This document shows positions 46,119 to 55,748 of a stretch of 64,000 nucleotides of DNA, piece by piece. This DNA is from an uncultured delta proteobacterium. GTDB taxonomy: Bacteria; Myxococcota_A; Polyangia; Polyangiales; Houyiibacteriaceae. The notes below the pieces were generated by a model. It saw only the letters and a list, made by a program, of their open reading frames with translations. It made no database searches and was not told the origin of the DNA. Location: the NCBI GenBank assembly GCA_963768985.1, contig CAVYJZ010000006.1, positions 333,702-397,701 of the forward strand, read 5' to 3'. Every line of letters begins with the position of its first letter. Within the stretch, counting starts at the first letter, position 1. Made by a program: the position numbers and the translations under genes.

Positions 46119-47039
46119 GTGCAGGCCATACTACTAGCAGCCGGGCTCGGAACGCGCCTCCAGCCGCTCACGGACCTCCGTCCCAAGCCGATCGTCCCGG
46201 TCGCCAACCGGCCGCTCGCTGCGTTTGCAATGGACCATCTGGCCCGAAGTGGTGTTCGCACCCTCGTCGCCAACACGCATCCTCGGCCGGACGAGGTCGA
46301 ATCCACCCTCAGATCGGCGTGTCCGCCGGGTGTGGAGCTTCGGTTTTCCCGCGAGGCGACCCTTCTTGGAACCGGCGGAGGTCTGAGAAAAGCGCGATCT
46401 TTGTTCGATGACCCACAAGAACCCTTGGTTGTCATGAACGGCGACACCCTCTTCGAACCCAATCTGAAACGAGCCTATGCGGAGCACCTGGCTCGAGGCG
46501 CGGTTGCAACGATGATACTGCGCTGGACGCCCACCCCGGATCGCGTTGGCGCGATCGGAATCGATGGGGAGGGCTGGGTCCGCAGCCTTCTCGGCGTCCC
46601 CAACGACAAGCGGGTCTGCGAGTCGCTCATGTTCACAGGCGTTCAGATCCTGGCGCCAGAAGCGTTCGCGGCAATGCCCGAGTCGGGTTGCGTCATCCGA
46701 ACGGCATACCGCGGCTGGGTCGATCGAGGCGCTCCCGTGCTCGGGCTCGTCGACGAATCACCATGGGCTGATTTGGGAACAGTGCCGGACTACCACCGGC
46801 TGAATCTAGAGCTCGCCTCAGGTTTGTTCGCCTGGCCCGGGGTCGAGCCCCACGGCGGCTGCATCCTCCACGACTCGGTCGAGCCCTCCTCGGGCATCCG
46901 ACGGAGCGTGGTCGGAGCTGGCGTGACGATTCCCGAAGGCGTCACCCTGGACCGATGCATCGTCTGGGCGGGCACGACGGTGACCCAAAGCGCGGCGAAC
47001 GCCATCCTCACACCGTATCACCAAATCGAGGTCAGCTGA
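46119..47039 (+). CDS. Sugar-phosphate nucleotidyltransferase
   Basis: The N-terminus after the GTG at 46119 reads VQAILLAAGLGTRLQPLTDLRPKPIVPVANRPL, the G-x-G-T-R-x signature. The C-terminal part looks like a left-handed beta-helix. A TTG at 46083 is an alternative start. Confidence 0.8.
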   Translation: MQAILLAAGLGTRLQPLTDLRPKPIVPVANRPLAAFAMDHLARSGVRTLVANTHPRPDEVESTLRSACPPGVELRFSREATLLGTGGGLRKARSLFDDPQEPLVVMNGDTLFEPNLKRAYAEHLARGAVATMILRWTPTPDRVGAIGIDGEGWVRSLLGVPNDKRVCESLMFTGVQILAPEAFAAMPESGCVIRTAYRGWVDRGAPVLGLVDESPWADLGTVPDYHRLNLELASGLFAWPGVEPHGGCILHDSVEPSSGIRRSVVGAGVTIPEGVTLDRCIVWAGTTVTQSAANAILTPYHQIEVS

Positions 47040-47808
47040 GTCCCATCACTTTGGCAAGGACCACGGTGATGTTGTCCGGGCCGCCCGCTTCGTTCGCGCT
47101 GTCGATCAGCTTGTTAGCCGCGGTTTGTAGGTCCTGATGCGAGCCCACGATTCGCTGGATCTCGGCGTCGGAGACCGGGCCGCACAGGCCGTCGCTGCAG
47201 AGCACGTAGATGTCGCCGATCTCCGGACGGTCAAGCACGGTGTCGACCTTGACGGTGGACTTCATTCCGAGCGCTCGAACGATGACATTCTTGAGAGGGA
47301 AGTTCTCGATTTCTTCGTCCGACAGACGCTTCATCTTGATGTAGTCGTTGAGGAGCGAGTGGTCACTCGTGAGTTGTTCCATCTTGCCGTCGCGGATGCG
47401 GTAAACGCGGCTGTCCCCGACATGAGCGATGAGCACGCCATCCTCCACGACCAGGATTCCAACCACCGTGGTCCCCATGCTGTGCATGTGCGGATCTTTT
47501 TGAGCCGCTTCGTAGATTCGTAGATTCGCGAGCTTGATGCCGGTGATCAGACGGTTCTCTTCGTACCCGCGGGCCTTGTCCATCTTGTACGGCCAAGTTG
47601 CTTCCGGATCCGAGCTCGTGGCCCGAAAGAACTCTCGGAGGGTCTCGATGGCCATCTCGCTTGCGACGTCGCCGGAGGCGTGTCCGCCCATCCCATCGGC
47701 CACCACGTACAGGTTGTCCTCCTCGGCCAGCATGAAGCTGTCCTCGTTGTGGGTGCGTTTCATCCCCACATGCGTGTCTCCGATCGCCAAGACGCGAGCC
47801 CGTGACAT
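47032..47808 (-). CDS. PP2C-family Ser/Thr protein phosphatase
   Basis: RTHNEDSF, ADGMGGHASGDVAS and CSDGL motifs. 258 aa. Confidence 0.9.
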   Translation of the reverse strand: MSRARVLAIGDTHVGMKRTHNEDSFMLAEEDNLYVVADGMGGHASGDVASEMAIETLREFFRATSSDPEATWPYKMDKARGYEENRLITGIKLANLRIYEAAQKDPHMHSMGTTVVGILVVEDGVLIAHVGDSRVYRIRDGKMEQLTSDHSLLNDYIKMKRLSDEEIENFPLKNVIVRALGMKSTVKVDTVLDRPEIGDIYVLCSDGLCGPVSDAEIQRIVGSHQDLQTAANKLIDSANEAGGPDNITVVLAKVMGLS

Positions 47809-48626
47809 ATCCCCGTCGAATCCCCCTGGGATACGAGATTAGCGACCTGGCGACGGCCAAGTCAACGAAACCGGCCTATACTCGCCCCAGCGTGTCCAGT
47901 GACCCCGAAAACGAGCGTGCCGCTGTCCTCTCGAGCGCCGGCGAGCTCCTGCACTGGGAAAAGGCCCTCGGCGGCGCGGGTTTTCCGGCGCTCCAGGGGG
48001 CCCCGGCGATGGTCGGAGCCGCGAGCGGATCGATCGCGGACGGTGCCGATCCGGACACCCGCGCTCGTCTGCAAGTGCTCGCCGATCAAGCCGCCGAGTG
48101 CTCGCGCTGCGAGCTTCACCGAGGGCGCACCCGAAGCGTATTTGCCCGGGGTACGCCGGATACCGATCTGGTCTTCGTAGGCGAGGGCCCGGGTTATCAC
48201 GAAGACCAAGAAGGTCAGCCGTTCGTCGGACGAGCAGGCCAACTGCTCGATCGCATGATCGCAGCGATGGGTTATGACCGAGACGGAGTGTACATCTGCA
48301 ACGTGGTGAAGTGCCGCCCCCCCGAGAACCGCACCCCGCTTCCGACGGAAGCAGCCGCCTGTTCGCGTTTCTTGATCCCGCAGCTGGAGTTGGTTCAGCC
48401 GAAGGCGATCGTGGCGCTAGGGCGCTGCGCGGCGGAGAATCTGAGCTGCGTGCCGCCGGCCGGAAAGTGGCGGGGGATCTGGGGCGAATGGCGAGGCCTC
48501 CCGGTCATGCCCACTTATCACCCAGCTTTCTTGTTGCGGAGCCCAGAATTCAAGAAGCCTGTCTGGGAAGACCTGCAAGAGGTACTGAAGCTCCTGAACC
48601 GCGAGGCGCCGCGCCGCGCCCGTTGA
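47802..48626 (+). CDS. Uracil-DNA glycosylase, family 4
   Basis: CSRCEL...VFVGEGPGYHEDQEGQPFVGRAGQLLD...TYHPAFLLR motifs. The N-terminal extension and start are uncertain (GTG at 47802 or 47892). Confidence 0.8.
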   Translation: MTYPRRIPLGYEISDLATAKSTKPAYTRPSVSSDPENERAAVLSSAGELLHWEKALGGAGFPALQGAPAMVGAASGSIADGADPDTRARLQVLADQAAECSRCELHRGRTRSVFARGTPDTDLVFVGEGPGYHEDQEGQPFVGRAGQLLDRMIAAMGYDRDGVYICNVVKCRPPENRTPLPTEAAACSRFLIPQLELVQPKAIVALGRCAAENLSCVPPAGKWRGIWGEWRGLPVMPTYHPAFLLRSPEFKKPVWEDLQEVLKLLNREAPRRAR

Positions 48627-48653
48627 CCCTTCGCCCCACGAGGGTTGTGAAGC

Positions 48654-48980
48654 CTACTGCTCGCGACAGGTTCCGAATGCTTTCGGGTCGTCGTCGGGAG
48701 AGTCTCCGCTCGTCTCCGCTTGTTCCGTCATGCCCGGCCCCACACTGAGCAGCCTGGGCGGTTGCGGATTCGAATCGGTCCAGACGCTGCATTGGAGCCA
48801 GAAGTCGCAGTCGTTCTCGACGTAGACGATATGGCGGTAGCGAGAGCCCATCTTGTCCGCCTTGGCGTAGATGGCGTAGCAGGTTCGTGCCCCGGCTTCC
48901 GATGGGTCCACCGACCCGACGCAGAGAGCGACGCCCAGAACGAATGCAGCGCAAAGAGTGACGGTGACGAACGGTCTCAT
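48654..48980 (-). CDS. Small secreted Cys-containing protein, unknown function
   Basis: The ATG at 48980 gives MRPFVTVTLCAAFVLGVALCVGS. 108 aa, no known domain. Confidence 0.45.
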   Translation of the reverse strand: MRPFVTVTLCAAFVLGVALCVGSVDPSEAGARTCYAIYAKADKMGSRYRHIVYVENDCDFWLQCSVWTDSNPQPPRLLSVGPGMTEQAETSGDSPDDDPKAFGTCREQ

Positions 48981-49098
48981 AATGCGGCAGTGTGCCTCAG
49001 GGCAGGGGTCTGCGCCAGAGCCCGGGCGCCGGAATTTCACGGAATTAGGCCCGCGATTGGGGGCTAGCCCTCCGCGTGTCTATTCTGATGAGAGTCAC

Positions 49099-50883
49099 GT
49101 GTCACACAATGCGGAACCCGATTGGGATACACTCGAGCGCTGCCTTCGCGAAGGCTTTGCCGGACACGAGTATGCGGACCTTCGCGAAGAGCTCGGGTGC
49201 GCCGCCGACTGCGACGATCGCGAGGTCGCGCGTATTTTGGTGCGCCTGCTCGCCGCAGGGGAAATCCAACGAATCGGAACGCAGAGTATCCACCCCGAGG
49301 CGGCGCGTCACCCTTCGGTCAGGCCGCCCACCGAGGTGACGGCGGACCCTTCGTTTCTCGGACGTCTCAGCACGAGCGGCGCGGATGGGATCTCCGTCGA
49401 ACGTATCGGAGACATTCCAACGCTCCTCGCGGTCCTTCGTGCAGGGTCGCGGCGACAACGGCGCGCGGCGCTCACCCGGCTTCGTGAGCAACTCAAGGAC
49501 CGGCGCCTGCTCCACACCGACGCCGTACACGACGCGACCCAGATGCTCACTGATCTCCGAGATGCCGAGATCGGCCATGAGCTCGCGCAGATACGCGCCG
49601 AGCTCCCGGGCACGCGAGGGCGGGAAGCGCGAAGCGAGCACGAGCAATGGAAACGCCTCGCTCAACGCACAGCCGATTCAATTGTGGCCTTCTGGGACGG
49701 GCAGTCCAGCATCGAGCCGATCCACATCCTCCCTGGCGACGAGCGTGCTCTATTGTTGATGCACATCACTGAGCTCCCCGACCTGGTCGTCCACCACATC
49801 GGGGCGATCATCGAAGGCAACGACGGATGTGTGCCCATGGAATCTCGGATCGGGCTCATCGCCTCATTACGCTATGCGACTGATCCGCGCCTGGTCCCCT
49901 CCCTGACGGCTGTCGTCGAGGCCGAGCGCGGTGAGCTGGTGGCGCGATCGGCTCGTGTTCTCGGAGGCATCGACGACGCTCGTGTCCATCCTGCGCTCGC
50001 GGAACGCTTCGACCGCAGCTTCGTCAACGAGGAACGGATCGCGCTCGCCGGCGCACTCGGGATGCACGGCGATTTCCGCGGTCTCCCCGAGGTACGCAGT
50101 GCGCTCGAGGAGGGGCAGTTCTTGCTTCCGGCACTGGAAGCCATGGAGAGCCTCGGGTCGCCCGAACACACCGATCTCATCGCGAAGCACCTCGACCACG
50201 CCGATGTCACCATTGCGACGCAAGCCGTTCGCACCGTCGCCCGGATCGGTGACGGGCGCGTGCTCGCCGAGCTGACCGAAAGACACAACACGACGTCCGT
50301 TCCCGCGCTTCGTGCTGCGATTGAAGATGCCCTTTCCGCCATCGCAGCGCGCATGGAGCTCCGCGGAGAGGAGGCCGCGACGATCGATTGGTCGGAGGTC
50401 GGCAACAAGCCCGCGGGGCATACCGGCGCGCGAGACAGCATGCCGGCGATCGTGCTCGGCTGGCGTGACTACTTCATGGGTCATCTGTGGCTGCTGCTTG
50501 GGCGAATGACCTGGGCCATCGCGCGCTTCGAATCGGCGGCAAGCCGCCGAGGCGGTTGGGCGGTTCCATTGATCGGCATCGGGATGGCATTCGCGAGCCG
50601 CGAGCAGTATGCCTTGGCGTTGCCTGCGTTTCGACGCGCGATCGAGGTCGATCGTCCGCGCATCGAGCGCAATCCGATCCTCGTGCGCACGATGGCAAAG
50701 ACGTTCTTGCATCGGGCCGAGCAAGTCGAACGGGAAGGGCGCGACGACGTCGCCCGCGGCTTGGTCGGAGAGGTGTTGACAATGGACCTCCGCCGGGCGC
50801 CCGGAACGGTCCGCTTCGAGCTCAAACGGAAGCACGATGTCTTGAGGCGAGAGGAGAGGGATGATGTCCACTCTGCTGCGTGA
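49099..50883 (+). CDS. HEAT/TPR-like repeat protein, unknown function
   Basis: The frame is open from 48958. I prefer the GTG at 49099, preceded by GAGAG, because the upstream residues are low-complexity and would overlap the divergent gene. HEAT-like repeats (PALRAAIEDALSAIAA) and a TPR-like C-terminus (REQYALALPAFRRAIEVD). Confidence 0.5.
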   Translation: MSHNAEPDWDTLERCLREGFAGHEYADLREELGCAADCDDREVARILVRLLAAGEIQRIGTQSIHPEAARHPSVRPPTEVTADPSFLGRLSTSGADGISVERIGDIPTLLAVLRAGSRRQRRAALTRLREQLKDRRLLHTDAVHDATQMLTDLRDAEIGHELAQIRAELPGTRGREARSEHEQWKRLAQRTADSIVAFWDGQSSIEPIHILPGDERALLLMHITELPDLVVHHIGAIIEGNDGCVPMESRIGLIASLRYATDPRLVPSLTAVVEAERGELVARSARVLGGIDDARVHPALAERFDRSFVNEERIALAGALGMHGDFRGLPEVRSALEEGQFLLPALEAMESLGSPEHTDLIAKHLDHADVTIATQAVRTVARIGDGRVLAELTERHNTTSVPALRAAIEDALSAIAARMELRGEEAATIDWSEVGNKPAGHTGARDSMPAIVLGWRDYFMGHLWLLLGRMTWAIARFESAASRRGGWAVPLIGIGMAFASREQYALALPAFRRAIEVDRPRIERNPILVRTMAKTFLHRAEQVEREGRDDVARGLVGEVLTMDLRRAPGTVRFELKRKHDVLRREERDDVHSAA

Positions 50884-52084
50884 AGCCGCCGTTCAGCACA
50901 TGCGCGCACTGGGCGCCATGAAGGGCGACGGATCCATTCGGCGCCTCACTCTCGACATCGAGGTGGACGGTCGCGTCGAGCTCGTCACGGTGGGTCTTCG
51001 CGGGGATGAGCTTCAATGGGTATCGAGCGATGGCAGAAACGACGGGCCACACGTCATGGCCGCACTGCGGTTCATCGCCGGCATCGAGCACCGCGACGAG
51101 TCCGCTCCGCCGGGCCCGGTGGATTCCATCGCCGTTCGGTCCATCAGCCCGCGCCTTCTGAACGAGCTTGCCGAGGCGCTCGACGATCTGCTGACCGCGG
51201 TCACGCGTGTGGGCGTCGACAAGGCCCAATATGCGCCATCCGTCGACACCGCGTTCGACCGGGTCGTCGGCGTCGCACCGCAACCGACGCCTCCGGGGCT
51301 TGGCCGATTCATGGGCCGGCTGCAGCGGGAGATTCGATGCCGGAACGTTCAGCGCGTAGCGCGCTTGCTGGATGGCGCGTCACAGCTCGCCGAGGCGTTG
51401 CGCTTGGAGACTCCGACCGCTTCGTCAGAGCAGCTCGTTGAGGCTTGGCTGGGGGCGCGGCCGGGATCGACCGCAAAGGTCGAGCTCCTCTACGACCGGA
51501 CGATGATCGAAGTGGGCCGCGAGTGGCTGTCAGGCATCGAGCGAGCCAGCGTCGAGCGACGCTACCTCGTCGATATCGAATCCGGCAGTATTTACCGGGA
51601 GGACCGCCCACGCCACGCTACCGCTTCGCTTGGCCCCTGCCCAAGGGAGCTGCGCGTCGGCCTTGCCGAAGTGGAGGCCGGATCGACCCCACGGCGCATC
51701 CGCGTGCTCCAATACGAGGTACAATCCGACATACCCATCGAGAGCTGGGAGCTGCTCCAAAGGGTGGCGAACCGGAGCTTCGGAGACCTGACGCAGGTCT
51801 ATCGGCGATCGATGCATTCGCATCCCTCGCTATCGGAGCCATTCGTGCTCGTCGCTCCCTATCGCATCGAACGCAACGGAATCTTCAAGGCCTTTGACCT
51901 AGACGGGCATCAACTGCTGCTCGATCGAACCGAGAGGCGTGGCGCGGTGCTCGCCTTCTACGACCTGCTCACCGACGGTCTGGAGCCGACGTGGCTGGCG
52001 GGCCGCTTGACCGATTCGGGCGGCACGGTATGTCTGACCCCGTTTGCGGCAGGAACTCGCAACCGGACCTACATACGTTTCTAG
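50861..52084 (+). CDS. Hypothetical protein (N-terminal region SWIM-like but lacking the Cys ligands)
   Basis: 407 aa. GGAGAGGG RBS and ATGATG start lying 23 nt inside the upstream gene. No confident domain. Confidence 0.5.
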   Translation: MMSTLLREAAVQHMRALGAMKGDGSIRRLTLDIEVDGRVELVTVGLRGDELQWVSSDGRNDGPHVMAALRFIAGIEHRDESAPPGPVDSIAVRSISPRLLNELAEALDDLLTAVTRVGVDKAQYAPSVDTAFDRVVGVAPQPTPPGLGRFMGRLQREIRCRNVQRVARLLDGASQLAEALRLETPTASSEQLVEAWLGARPGSTAKVELLYDRTMIEVGREWLSGIERASVERRYLVDIESGSIYREDRPRHATASLGPCPRELRVGLAEVEAGSTPRRIRVLQYEVQSDIPIESWELLQRVANRSFGDLTQVYRRSMHSHPSLSEPFVLVAPYRIERNGIFKAFDLDGHQLLLDRTERRGAVLAFYDLLTDGLEPTWLAGRLTDSGGTVCLTPFAAGTRNRTYIRF

Positions 52085-52167
52085 TTTTTCCTGTTGAATC
52101 CCGAATCGGCTGCTAACCTGCGGCCGGCGCGCACGTATTGCTCTCGAGGAATACGCGGTCTCCACCG

Positions 52168-53238
52168 ATGCCATCCAACCCGCAAACCCAGTCGGGGCCG
52201 AGACGCTCCCTCCATGCCCAGCGGCTGCCGCTTGCCGATGCCGGCCAACAACTGCTCCACCTCGGCGATCTACCGATGGCCAGAAGCTTCCATGATGCGC
52301 TGCGCGGCGAGGGCCTATGGCCTCTCACACCCACCGCGATCGAGGTCTTGCAGATCAACCTGGGGAAGCTCTGCAACCAGACCTGCAGTCACTGCCACGT
52401 CGACGCTGGCCCCGACCGGATCGAGGTCATGTCGCGCGAGACGGCAGAGGCTTGCGTCGAGGCGCTTCGACGCAACGCCATTCCGAACGTCGACATCACC
52501 GGAGGGGCTCCAGAGCTCAATCCCAATTTCCGCTGGCTCGTAGAGCAGTGTGCCTCACTCGGCCGTCGGGTGACCGATCGCTGCAACCTCACGATCTTGG
52601 AAACCGGCCCGCACAGGGACTTGCCCGCATTCTTCGCGGAGCACCAGGTCGAGCTCGTCTGCTCCCTCCCTCACTACCAACGCGCCTGCACCGACGTGCA
52701 ACGTGGCGATGGTGTATTCGAAAAGAGCATCCGCGCACTACGGCGGCTCAATGCGCTCGGGTACGGACATGGCCGGCCCGGGCTCCGCCTCATCTTGGTG
52801 ACCAATCCAGTCGGCGCAGTTCTTCCCGCCCCGCAGCCCTGCTTGGAAGCCGAATGGAAACGCGAGCTCGAACGACTCTACGGCGTGTCGTTCGACTCGC
52901 TCTACACGATCACGAACATGCCGATCAGTCGCTACCTGGATTGGTTGCTCCAGTCCGGAAACCTAGAGGGCTACATGCGGAGACTGGTCGAATCCTTCAA
53001 TCCGCAGGCCGCGCAGGGGCTCATGTGTCGCAACACGATTTCGGTCGGCTGGGACGGCCGCCTGTTCGATTGTGATTTCAACCAGATGCTCGACATCTCC
53101 CTCTCGGACGGCGCACCGACCCACGTTCGAGATTTCGATCTCGCTTCGTTGCAGTCACGGACGATTCAAACCAATCGGCATTGCTTCGGCTGCACCGCCG
53201 GCGCCGGCTCGAGTTGCACAGGGTCGACCACGACCTAA
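52168..53238 (+). CDS. Radical SAM / Cys-rich domain protein of the ArsS (arsenosugar biosynthesis) family
   Basis: LQINLGKLCNQTCSHCHV (CX3CX2C), ITGGAPELNPNF, and a C-terminal Cys cluster (RHCFGCTAGAGSSCTG) typical of this family. The first ATG is at 52168; other candidate starts are TTG 52138 and ATG 52276. Confidence 0.8.
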   Translation: MPSNPQTQSGPRRSLHAQRLPLADAGQQLLHLGDLPMARSFHDALRGEGLWPLTPTAIEVLQINLGKLCNQTCSHCHVDAGPDRIEVMSRETAEACVEALRRNAIPNVDITGGAPELNPNFRWLVEQCASLGRRVTDRCNLTILETGPHRDLPAFFAEHQVELVCSLPHYQRACTDVQRGDGVFEKSIRALRRLNALGYGHGRPGLRLILVTNPVGAVLPAPQPCLEAEWKRELERLYGVSFDSLYTITNMPISRYLDWLLQSGNLEGYMRRLVESFNPQAAQGLMCRNTISVGWDGRLFDCDFNQMLDISLSDGAPTHVRDFDLASLQSRTIQTNRHCFGCTAGAGSSCTGSTTT

Positions 53239-53248
53239 CCGATCGCTC

Positions 53249-55720
53249 TCACGGGGGCGATTGAACTGGGAACGAGATCAGCAGAGCGTTTGGCGTCGGG
53301 CTGGATTGCCCTGGCACCCCAACGCCGTAGATGCCGCCGCTGTCCACTCCCATCGTGCATTCCGAGGCGAACGAGAGACCGTTGAAGCTCGCCCGGACCC
53401 CATTGGGACCGATCGGATCGCTGAACAGCGCGGGCGGCAGGTTCCAGGTGCCGTCCACGTCGAGGGTGGCGCCCGAGGTCGAATCGTCCCATCCGAAGAA
53501 CACCGAGGGTGAAACCCCGGCGACATAGCTGCCTACGCGCGATTCGAGAGGTACGCGCAGATCTCCGGTGACGCAGAACCCATTGGTGGTGCATTGATCG
53601 AACTTGACGGCCGTACCCACGCCCAAGGTCGCGCAGACGCCTCCCGGTGCGCAATCGTCGCTGGTTGGGATCGACAGGAACGCCCCGCACGGATTCGACG
53701 GGCCGGTAGGCAGGCAGTCGCTGTTGCCCCGGTTGCCAGGAACGCCCGGGAGATCGTTCGCGGGATCACAGGACGCCATCTCGTCGATCGCGCAGTGGTG
53801 TGAAATCGGCTCGGGGCTAAGCGTGATGTCGCCTCCAGTGGCGCCGCTGCGAACCTGCACCGTCGCTGCGATCCCGATCACGTTCACGCGGGTGACGCCA
53901 CCGGGGATCACCCATTGGACCGAGTCCAGCAAGTCTTCCGGGAAGATCGCGATGCCGGAGAGGGCGGCGGAAAACGCCTGGCCGCTGACGGGAGCCTGCG
54001 GGGCGACGGTCAGCTCGAACGGCGGTATCGATACGCCGGGGTTGAGGTTGTTCGTGCAGCCGAGCGAGATCGCTTTGGTTTGCGGAAGCAGTCCGTCACC
54101 CAGATCGACGCAGGTTCCGTTGCCATCGCATCGATTACCACCGTTCTGGCTGCATAGAGCGCCCGCTGGCTCGTTGCCTTGAGGCTGGCATGCGCCATCC
54201 ACGCACGACGGCGGCTGGGTGCATTGATTGCCATCGTCGGGACAAGCAGAGCTCTGGATGCACTCGACGCAGTTGCCTTGCCCATCGCAGACCGTACCGC
54301 CGGCCTGAGCACAAGGGGTTCCCCGCGGCTCGTTGCTTCCGCCGAGGCAGCTGCCCGAATACGGATCGCATATGTCGTCGACCGCGCACGGGTTGTCGTC
54401 GGCGCAGTTGATCGGCGGCGGCCCAACACACAGATCGACGTCGGGGGTATCGATCGGAAAGCAGATTTGGCTGCTCGGGGGATTGGGATCGACGAAGTCG
54501 TCGGCCGGAAGCGCTGGGGTCCCGTTGTCGTTGAGAGTGCCGCCCACGCACTCGAATCGCACGAACGCGCCGTTGGAAGCGACTGCGCGGATCCCGGTCC
54601 GTACCGGTGGCGCTCCGATCGCCGAAGGCGGGTTCGAGCCCCCGACATCGAAACACACCTGACCAGAGGCCTGAGCCCTGTAGGGCACCTTGAATAGCGG
54701 GGGAAGTGGGACCGGGACGTCACCGGTGACGACATTGGCACATGCGGCCGGCGTGCAACCAGCTTGGCATGCGCAGTCGCATTGGCCGCTCGCATTGCAG
54801 CTCTGAGAGAAAGCCGCCAATGGACAGTCGGCGTCGGCGACGCACGCGCTTCCGCCAGGATCGCCCGGATTCGCGACCTGAGGGATCGGGACGCTGAGCG
54901 GGGTCGACCTCCAAGTCGTGCTCACCGGCGACCCTGTGAGCACTCCCTCGGCGACGATCTCCGCCCCAGCCGAAACGATGCTCAAGCTCGTGAGCTCGGT
55001 TGGGAACACCGCGATCATCCCCCCTTGCAGGAACTCGCGAGGCACGGAAAGACTCGCGTGAACATCCGCGGTGAAATTGTGCGCCGCCTCGATTGCGCTC
55101 GGCGCCACAGTCAGGTCCATCGGAATTTCCCAGTCGAAGAACGAGACGGAGTTGTCACAGACCATCGGAACCAGCTTCTGCTGTGGAAGCAAAGCCACGC
55201 AGCTACCCCGATAACAGACGCCGGCGCTGCACGGAGTCCCGTCGGGAAAGGCGCTTGGAATCGGGCAATCGTGGTCGGTGCACGTCGCGGGCTCGCGACA
55301 ATCCTGCGGCGGAAAGAAGCGCTCGCATTGCAGGTCGTCATTGCACACGACGCAGCTTCCCGCGCCGTCGCAAACGAATCCGCCGTCGTCAGTGCAGGAT
55401 GTTTCGGCAGGCACGTTCGTGCCGCCGCCAACGCAAACGCCCATCAGCGTATTGCAAACCCCGTCGACCGTGCAGGCGTTGCCGTCGTCGCAGCCAACGT
55501 CGTTGCAGTCCATGCCTGCGTCGGAGTCGACCATGCCGCCCGTTCCGCCCGTTCCGCCCGCGCCCCCCACGCCACCGGTCGCATCGCTGCCGCCTATCCC
55601 CGCACCTGCAGTGCCGCCCGTCCCAGGCACCGGCCCGATCGGGATGGGATCGCCGCAACCGAGGGCGAGGGGCAAAGACAACCCGCAGACCGCGAGTCTC
55701 AAACGAAGGGACGTGCTCAT
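53249..55720 (-). CDS. Large Cys-rich repeat lipoprotein (Myxococcus-type disulfide repeat), internally duplicated
   Basis: The ATG at 55720 gives MSTSLRLRLAVCGLSLPLALGC (lipobox), then a Gly-rich linker. Two modules follow, each with CDDGNxCTxDxC-type repeats and a beta-rich domain of about 250-330 aa. Confidence 0.75.
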   Translation of the reverse strand: MSTSLRLRLAVCGLSLPLALGCGDPIPIGPVPGTGGTAGAGIGGSDATGGVGGAGGTGGTGGMVDSDAGMDCNDVGCDDGNACTVDGVCNTLMGVCVGGGTNVPAETSCTDDGGFVCDGAGSCVVCNDDLQCERFFPPQDCREPATCTDHDCPIPSAFPDGTPCSAGVCYRGSCVALLPQQKLVPMVCDNSVSFFDWEIPMDLTVAPSAIEAAHNFTADVHASLSVPREFLQGGMIAVFPTELTSLSIVSAGAEIVAEGVLTGSPVSTTWRSTPLSVPIPQVANPGDPGGSACVADADCPLAAFSQSCNASGQCDCACQAGCTPAACANVVTGDVPVPLPPLFKVPYRAQASGQVCFDVGGSNPPSAIGAPPVRTGIRAVASNGAFVRFECVGGTLNDNGTPALPADDFVDPNPPSSQICFPIDTPDVDLCVGPPPINCADDNPCAVDDICDPYSGSCLGGSNEPRGTPCAQAGGTVCDGQGNCVECIQSSACPDDGNQCTQPPSCVDGACQPQGNEPAGALCSQNGGNRCDGNGTCVDLGDGLLPQTKAISLGCTNNLNPGVSIPPFELTVAPQAPVSGQAFSAALSGIAIFPEDLLDSVQWVIPGGVTRVNVIGIAATVQVRSGATGGDITLSPEPISHHCAIDEMASCDPANDLPGVPGNRGNSDCLPTGPSNPCGAFLSIPTSDDCAPGGVCATLGVGTAVKFDQCTTNGFCVTGDLRVPLESRVGSYVAGVSPSVFFGWDDSTSGATLDVDGTWNLPPALFSDPIGPNGVRASFNGLSFASECTMGVDSGGIYGVGVPGQSSPTPNALLISFPVQSPP

Positions 55721-55748
55721 CGCAAGAGGATACTCCAGAATCCGTACC

